NCBI GenBank assembly: GCA_963840035.1
Contig: CAWIXE010000001.1
Location: 928,001 to 992,000 of the forward strand
Length of the DNA: 64,000 nt
Direction: 5' to 3'
Source: a candidate division FCPU426 bacterium
Lineage (GTDB): Bacteria > Oederibacteriota > PGYV01 > Palsa-1178
The notes beneath the pieces are model-generated. The model saw nothing but the letters and a program-made list of their open reading frames with translations. It did not search any database and was not told where the DNA came from. Both the position numbers and the translations under genes were made by a program. Below are positions 58,814 through 64,000 of this stretch, piece after piece (the first letter of the stretch is position 1; each line of letters opens with the position of its first letter).

Positions 58814-60076
58814 ATGAAAGTAGTGATTATCGGCGCCGGCTTAGCGGGTATTTCCGCCGGGCACAGGCTTAATAAAGATTACTTCATCATAGAGAAAAAC
58901 CTAAAACCCGGCGGATTGTGCCGTACTGATATGGTTGACGGGTTTACCTTTGATTACACCGGTCATTTCCTCCACATAAGGTCCAAAGAAACCGAAAAAC
59001 TTATATTTTCAAACGTGAAGGTCCCCCTTAAGAAAATCGCCAGAAAATCATTCATTTTTAGCAAGGGCGTTTACACGGGATATCCCTACCAGGTCAACAA
59101 CTACGGCCTGCCTTATGATACAGTGGCTGAGAACATAACAGGTTTCATCCGCGCGAAAATGGCCGGGCCGGCGTCGCAGAAGAACTTTAAGGAGTGGGTA
59201 TCAACCGCGTTAGGCGAAGGCATCGCTAAAAACTTTATGTTCCCTTATAATCTAAAACTTTTCAAATATCCCCTGGATAAGCTTACGGTAAAATGGCTCG
59301 GCAGGTTCGTGCCAAACCCCGGCATATCCGAAATAATGCACGGCATCATGCCCAAAGGCAGGGAAGATGTGGGCTATAACGCCCACTTTTATTACCCGTC
59401 AAAGGGCGGCATCGAGACTGTCGTGCGCGGGCTTTTTGAAAAGGTAAAAAAGAACACACTGCTAGGCTCCACGGTCAATAAAATTGACATAAAGAGAAAG
59501 ATCGTATATTACGATTCCGGACACGAGGCGCCGTACTCATCCCTTATCTCAACCATGCCGCTTAAGGAACTTTTAAGGGTTGTAAACGACAGGGAGCTGA
59601 ACGGCTACGCGAAAAAACTCGAGGCGACATCTGTATATTCGCTGAACATTGGCTTTAAGAAAAGCGGGCCCATAGGGAAACACTGGGTGTATGTGCCGGA
59701 AAAAGAGTATCCCTTCTACAGGATAGGTTTCCCCTCTGAAATCACGGAGTCAAACGCGCCAAAAGGACATTCCTCGGTATTTACGGAAGTATCCTACCGC
59801 GGTGCCGCGCCGAAGAATATTGACAACGGTATTATAAAGGGGCTCATAGGCATGGGAATAATAGGTTCAAAGAGGGACATAACCGTAAAACACGCCATGA
59901 TACTTAAGGACGCGTATGTCATATATAATGAAGAGCGCGAGTGGGTGCTTCCGGCGATAAAGAAAATCCTTGAAAAAAACAACATCCACACCGCCGGCAG
60001 ATGGGGCAACTGGGAATACGGGTCCATGGAGGACGCGATTTTGGAAGGGCTGGCTTTAGGGGAGAGACTGAAGTAG
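58814..60076 (+). CDS. FAD-dependent oxidoreductase (protoporphyrinogen oxidase / UDP-galactopyranose-mutase-like)
   Basis: IIGAGLAG, GGLCRT..GFTFDYTGH, FYYPSKGG and GRWGNWEY..MED motifs; lies in a glycosylation cluster. Confidence 0.8.
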   Translation: MKVVIIGAGLAGISAGHRLNKDYFIIEKNLKPGGLCRTDMVDGFTFDYTGHFLHIRSKETEKLIFSNVKVPLKKIARKSFIFSKGVYTGYPYQVNNYGLPYDTVAENITGFIRAKMAGPASQKNFKEWVSTALGEGIAKNFMFPYNLKLFKYPLDKLTVKWLGRFVPNPGISEIMHGIMPKGREDVGYNAHFYYPSKGGIETVVRGLFEKVKKNTLLGSTVNKIDIKRKIVYYDSGHEAPYSSLISTMPLKELLRVVNDRELNGYAKKLEATSVYSLNIGFKKSGPIGKHWVYVPEKEYPFYRIGFPSEITESNAPKGHSSVFTEVSYRGAAPKNIDNGIIKGLIGMGIIGSKRDITVKHAMILKDAYVIYNEEREWVLPAIKKILEKNNIHTAGRWGNWEYGSMEDAILEGLALGERLK

Positions 60077-60080
60077 GGCA

Positions 60081-60187
60081 GTCTCAACAATCTCAATGAT
60101 CTCAATGATCTCAATAGTCTCAACAGGAAAAACGAACATGTTTGTATTTTCTATTGAGACTTCTGAGATTCTTGAGATTATTGAGAC
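60081..60187. repeat. Inverted nonamer-repeat element (TCTCAATGA)n..(TTGAGA..)n
   Basis: Five left units and four right complementary units. Confidence 0.75.
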
Positions 60188-60205
60188 CACATACAGGAGA
60201 ATCAT

Positions 60206-61402
60206 GTGATAAAAAAGAACATCGCCATCGTAATCACCCGCCTTGACCTTGGAGGCGCTCAGAAGGTTGCTTTATATCTCGCGGAGAACCTTGACCGCAA
60301 GAAGTATAATGTGCATCTCATAGCGGGCAAAGGCGGAAAACTAGATGAGGAAGTTTTAGGTTTTAAGTTTGAAGATAAGGCGCAAAACAGTTCCCATCTT
60401 AAAACTTCAAACTTAAAACTGACTGTCAATCTCTGGGAAGAACTTGTCCACCCGATAAGCCCGATACTTGATTTTCTTGCGGTAATAAAACTTATCAGCT
60501 ATTTTGAAAAGAATAAAATAGATATTGTCCACACCCATTCCTCAAAAGCCGGCCTGCTCGGAAGGGTGGCGGCTCATTACGCTGATGTGCCAAAGATTGT
60601 TCACACGGTACACGGGTTTCCTTTTCATGAATATCAAAACCCGATTATGCATTTCATCTATGTCATGTTGGAAAAAATAGCGGCAAAAATAACGACGAAG
60701 CTTGTAAGCGTCGGTAATGACGTTACCGGATATGGGCTGAAAAAATCCGTCGGGACAGCGGAACAATACGTTATGATAAGGGCTGCGGTGGACCTTAAGG
60801 CGTTCGGAGGTCGGAGGTCGGAGTTCGGAGTAAAGGGGAAAGGCAGGGCGAAATTCCTCGGGCAATACGGCCTTGCGCCGGATAAATTTACCGTTGGCAT
60901 GATCGGGAACCTGAAAAAACAGAAGAACCCTTCGGGATTCATAAAGGTTGCGGCTGAAGCTATCAAGCTTGACCCTGATTTACAGTTTATATTCGCGGGC
61001 GGCGGGGACGGCATGGAAGACCTTGTGGAGATGACAAGGCATTATGACATACATGATAAAGTCAAGTTCATTGGCTGGGTTGAAAAACCGGAAATATTTA
61101 TGGCTTCCATTGACCTGTTTCTTTTAACTTCGCTGTGGGAGGGTTTACCGTGCACGCTGGCGCAGGCTTTTGCCGCTGGAAAGCCTGTTGTGGCAAGCGA
61201 TATTGGCGGCAACAGGGAATTCGTGGAAAAATTCAGCGCGGGGTGGCTGTATCCGCCTTTTGATTATAAAACTGCCGCGAGGGAAATCTTCGAGGCAAAA
61301 AGAAAAATGATAAAATACGAACCGCGTAAAAAGGGTTTTGATGAATTTGAGCTAAAGGACATGCTTAAAAAGTACGAAAGGCTCTTTGCAGGACTATTTT
61401 AA
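60206..61402 (+). CDS. Glycosyltransferase family 4
   Basis: ITRLDLGGAQ, HTHSSKAG, HTVHGF and TSLWEGLP..GKPVVASDIGG motifs. Confidence 0.92.
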   Translation: MIKKNIAIVITRLDLGGAQKVALYLAENLDRKKYNVHLIAGKGGKLDEEVLGFKFEDKAQNSSHLKTSNLKLTVNLWEELVHPISPILDFLAVIKLISYFEKNKIDIVHTHSSKAGLLGRVAAHYADVPKIVHTVHGFPFHEYQNPIMHFIYVMLEKIAAKITTKLVSVGNDVTGYGLKKSVGTAEQYVMIRAAVDLKAFGGRRSEFGVKGKGRAKFLGQYGLAPDKFTVGMIGNLKKQKNPSGFIKVAAEAIKLDPDLQFIFAGGGDGMEDLVEMTRHYDIHDKVKFIGWVEKPEIFMASIDLFLLTSLWEGLPCTLAQAFAAGKPVVASDIGGNREFVEKFSAGWLYPPFDYKTAAREIFEAKRKMIKYEPRKKGFDEFELKDMLKKYERLFAGLF

Positions 61403-61445
61403 GGTGTTATATTACCGGAAAAATCGTTTTTATAAGCCTTGATTC

Positions 61446-61748
61446 TGTACTTGTAGGGGCGATTCACGAATCGCCCGCCTTGGTTGGTTTATGTTTAATG
61501 TATGGTTGTGACCGCCACAGGCCGGGTTTCTTCATGGATTGCGCAGTAGCGCAGGCCATGAAGAAACCCGGCCTGCAGCGGTCACAAATATGATCAATGC
61601 TATTATATGTACTTGTAGGGGCGATTCACGAATCGCCCGCCTTGGTTGGTTTTGATTAATGTATGGTTGTGCCGGACACAGGTTTGATTTTCTTATGGAT
61701 TGCGCAGTAGCGCAGGCCATAAGAAAATCAAACCTGTGTCCGACACAA
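61446..61748. repeat. Two tandem composite units (~162 bp): GTAG-REP + linker + 82-nt hairpin (copies 3 and 4 at 61506-61587 and 61667-61748)
   Basis: TGTACTTGTAGGGGCGATTCACGAATCGCCCGCCTTGGTTGGTTT at 61446 and 61608. Confidence 0.93.
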
Positions 61749-62009
61749 ATGGAACCTGAGGCAATTATAAGGTTACAGTGTCAGTTGTGACTAAAATCAC
61801 CGCATATATTAAGGGGTTTTGTTAGACTCTCTTCATTAGGGCAAATAAAAAAACTTTAAAAATGATGTAAACTAAAAAAACCGTTTATACGTCTAAAACG
61901 CATAAAGCAATAATAGTTAAGGAGGTGAGTGCGGATTTTAAATTAGACTTCACATAGCGCTGTATTTGTGGTATATTTTATTTATCAAAATGATAAGGAG
62001 GGCAACAAA

Positions 62010-62546
62010 ATGAGGAAAATTCTCGCAATTTTATTAGTTTTATCACTTGCTTTTACTGCTGTAGGCTTTTGCGGAGTATCGGAAAAGGTGGAGAAATTGA
62101 TCGGAACCAACCAGGCAAACCTTGAAAGGACATACTACCCGAGGGACCAGAGGCCCAACCAGTTGGCCATCAAGCTCGGACCGCCGCTTTTTCTCGGCGT
62201 TGAGTATACCTATAATGTAATGCCGGCGCTCGGCGTAAATGTCGGCGTAGGCACGCTTGTTCCGGGATTCTCGGCGGATTTAGGGGTAATATACTACATA
62301 CTTCCCACGACATTCACACCGTACTTAAGGGGCGGCATCTGCTACCTCGGCAACTTCACGCAGAATATCATCGCTGCGAATCTGGGCGCCGGACTTGATA
62401 TCGCGCTGGATAACACGATTGCTTTACAGATAGGCGTGGACTGGGCAAAGTCGCTTTCAAACGCGGGCGCTCCTTTCCAGAACGCGGTATATAACGGCGA
62501 TGTAAACTGGTTTAACATTTCAGGCGGAGTGGGCTTCAGGTTCTAA
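62010..62546 (+). CDS. Small outer-membrane beta-barrel protein
   Basis: Signal peptide, alternating beta strands, C-terminal GVGFRF. Confidence 0.75.
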   Translation: MRKILAILLVLSLAFTAVGFCGVSEKVEKLIGTNQANLERTYYPRDQRPNQLAIKLGPPLFLGVEYTYNVMPALGVNVGVGTLVPGFSADLGVIYYILPTTFTPYLRGGICYLGNFTQNIIAANLGAGLDIALDNTIALQIGVDWAKSLSNAGAPFQNAVYNGDVNWFNISGGVGFRF

Positions 62547-62581
62547 TACAAAAATAAATCAAGCATAAAAGGAGGAGCAAC

Positions 62582-63184
62582 ATGAAAAAGATTTTAACGG
62601 TATTGGCGGTAATCGCGGTATCTGTGATCTTTGCTTCCTGCGCTGGCATGACCGTGCAGAGGGTAGCCACAGACACTGTAACAGACCTTTCAGGAAGGTG
62701 GAACGACACTGACTCGCAGCTTGTTGCCGAGCAGATGGTAAAGGAAGCGCTTGAGTTCCCGTGGCTTAACAGGTTCATGAAAAAAGAAAGCAGGAACCCG
62801 AGGGTCATCGTAGGGGCTATCGTAAATAAAACAGACGAGCACATCGAAACAGACGTGTTCCGCAAGGCCATAGAAAGGGAACTCATAAAGTCAGACGCGG
62901 TTGAGTTCGTAGCTTCAAAGGACGACAGGGAAGAAGTAAGGGCGGAGAGGGAAGACCAGCAGGAGTATTCCTCGGAAACCACAAAGAAGAACTTTAAGAA
63001 GGAAGAGGCTGCCGATTACATGTTAAAAGGCGTCATTACTTCCGTTGTCGACCAGATAGAGGGCAAGAAAGCCGTATTCTATCAGGTGGACATGCAGTTA
63101 ACGGACATAGAGACAAACAAGATAGTATGGCCGGGCCAGAAGAGGATCAAAAAGGTCATCGACAGGCCGAAATTCGGATTCTAA
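62582..63184 (+). CDS. lpoB: LpoB-family lipoprotein (PBP activator-like)
   Basis: Lipobox FASC; DLSGRWNDTD, NKTDEHI, ADYMLKG and YQVDMQLTDIETNKIVW motifs. Confidence 0.8.
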   Translation: MKKILTVLAVIAVSVIFASCAGMTVQRVATDTVTDLSGRWNDTDSQLVAEQMVKEALEFPWLNRFMKKESRNPRVIVGAIVNKTDEHIETDVFRKAIERELIKSDAVEFVASKDDREEVRAEREDQQEYSSETTKKNFKKEEAADYMLKGVITSVVDQIEGKKAVFYQVDMQLTDIETNKIVWPGQKRIKKVIDRPKFGF

Positions 63185-63201
63185 TATTGAACCATACAAA
63201 G

Positions 63202-63239
63202 CAGGGACAGGTTTAAAAAACCTGTCCCTGTTTCTTTTT
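63202..63239 (+). terminator. Rho-independent terminator
   Basis: CAGGGACAGGTTT-AAA-AAACCTGTCCCTG-TTTCTTTTT. Confidence 0.8.
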
Positions 63240-63293
63240 CAAAGAGTTTTTGTTTTATGGACGAGGGGAAAACATACTAAAAAAGGGGAAACA

Positions 63294-64000
63294 ATGAATA
63301 AAAAATTAGCCGTAGTAATAGTGGCGCTTGCCGTCCTGCTCGCGGGCTGCACAGTTCCTTTCAGGAAGACGCTGGATTCATATTTAACGCTCGGACAGTA
63401 CCAGAAAGCGGACGCCCTCATAGAGAAAGAGAAAAAGGACGGATCGGAATACAAGGACAAGAACGAGATACTTTATTATTTTGACAAGGGGTCCGTCACC
63501 CAGATGCTCGGGGATTACGGCGTTTCAAACGGATTCTTAAACACGGCCAACGAGCAGATAGAACTGTCTTACACCAGAAGCGTCGTGGACGAGGCGAACT
63601 CGTTCCTTTCAAACGATTTAAGCCTGAAATATTCCGGCGAGGATTTTGAGCAGGTTATGGTAAACATAATGACCTGTCTGAATTATATGTACGAGGGAAA
63701 ATTTGACGACGCCAGGATAGAGGCTAAAAAGGTCAATAACAAGCTGAACCTGTTGGCGGACACCATGGGCGATAAGGCGATTTACACCGATGACGCCTTC
63801 GCGCGTTACCTCTCGGCGTTTTGCTATGAGGCAAAAGGCGATATAAACGACGCTTACATCGACTACAAGAAGAGCCTGCAGACATATGAAAAATACACTT
63901 CAGTATACGGCATGGAAATGCCGGAGATGATAAAGCAGGATTTTTTAAGGACTGCCACGGCGCTTAAGTTCAAGGATGACATTGACGAATTCACAAAGGC
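63294..64000 (+). CDS. COG3014-like TPR lipoprotein (partial, runs off the window; absent from the ORF track)
   Basis: MNKKLAVVIVALAVLLAGC..LYYFDKG..YSGEDFEQVMVN..ARIEAKK..DAFARYLS; open to the window end; this family commonly lies next to lpoB. Confidence 0.75.
   Translation, partial: MNKKLAVVIVALAVLLAGCTVPFRKTLDSYLTLGQYQKADALIEKEKKDGSEYKDKNEILYYFDKGSVTQMLGDYGVSNGFLNTANEQIELSYTRSVVDEANSFLSNDLSLKYSGEDFEQVMVNIMTCLNYMYEGKFDDARIEAKKVNNKLNLLADTMGDKAIYTDDAFARYLSAFCYEAKGDINDAYIDYKKSLQTYEKYTSVYGMEMPEMIKQDFLRTATALKFKDDIDEFTK

Overview
Chromosomal window of a diderm bacterium, with almost all genes on the + strand. The Thr-rich Ig-repeat surface protein with a Por-secretion-like tail, the PorV-like neighbour and the many TPR proteins are reminiscent of Candidatus Goldbacteria-type genomes; this taxonomy is inference only. 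Coding content is housekeeping and envelope related: gpmI, serpin (frameshifted), gpmA, M23 peptidase plus bactofilin, gltX, truB, a HigBA-like toxin-antitoxin pair, nfeD/SPFH, cinA, a flippase, mprF, ppnP, a histidine kinase, a 1623-aa surface protein plus PorV-like protein, MarR-EmrAB, cstA, tadA, FTR-rubredoxin plus glutaredoxin, a CRP / CHASE2-pseudocyclase / phosphodiesterase module, an ECF sigma/anti-sigma pair, a GT-C/TPR glycosylation cluster, lpoB and four tRNAs. The most striking signal is non-coding: an ecosystem of small palindromic elements. It includes (i) a fixed-length 82-nt hairpin family with an invariant 26-nt core and highly divergent but compensated arms (4 copies), (ii) a 119-bp tandem array of GTAG-type REP hairpins, (iii) mini-hairpin modules inserted inside other repeats, (iv) tRNA-3'-end-derived tandem repeats, and (v) inverted heptamer elements, some inserted in frame in proteins. 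No transposase, integrase, RAYT or Cas gene is visible in the window. Four single-base indels (two in the serpin, one in emrA, one in an RHH gene) may be sequencing errors.
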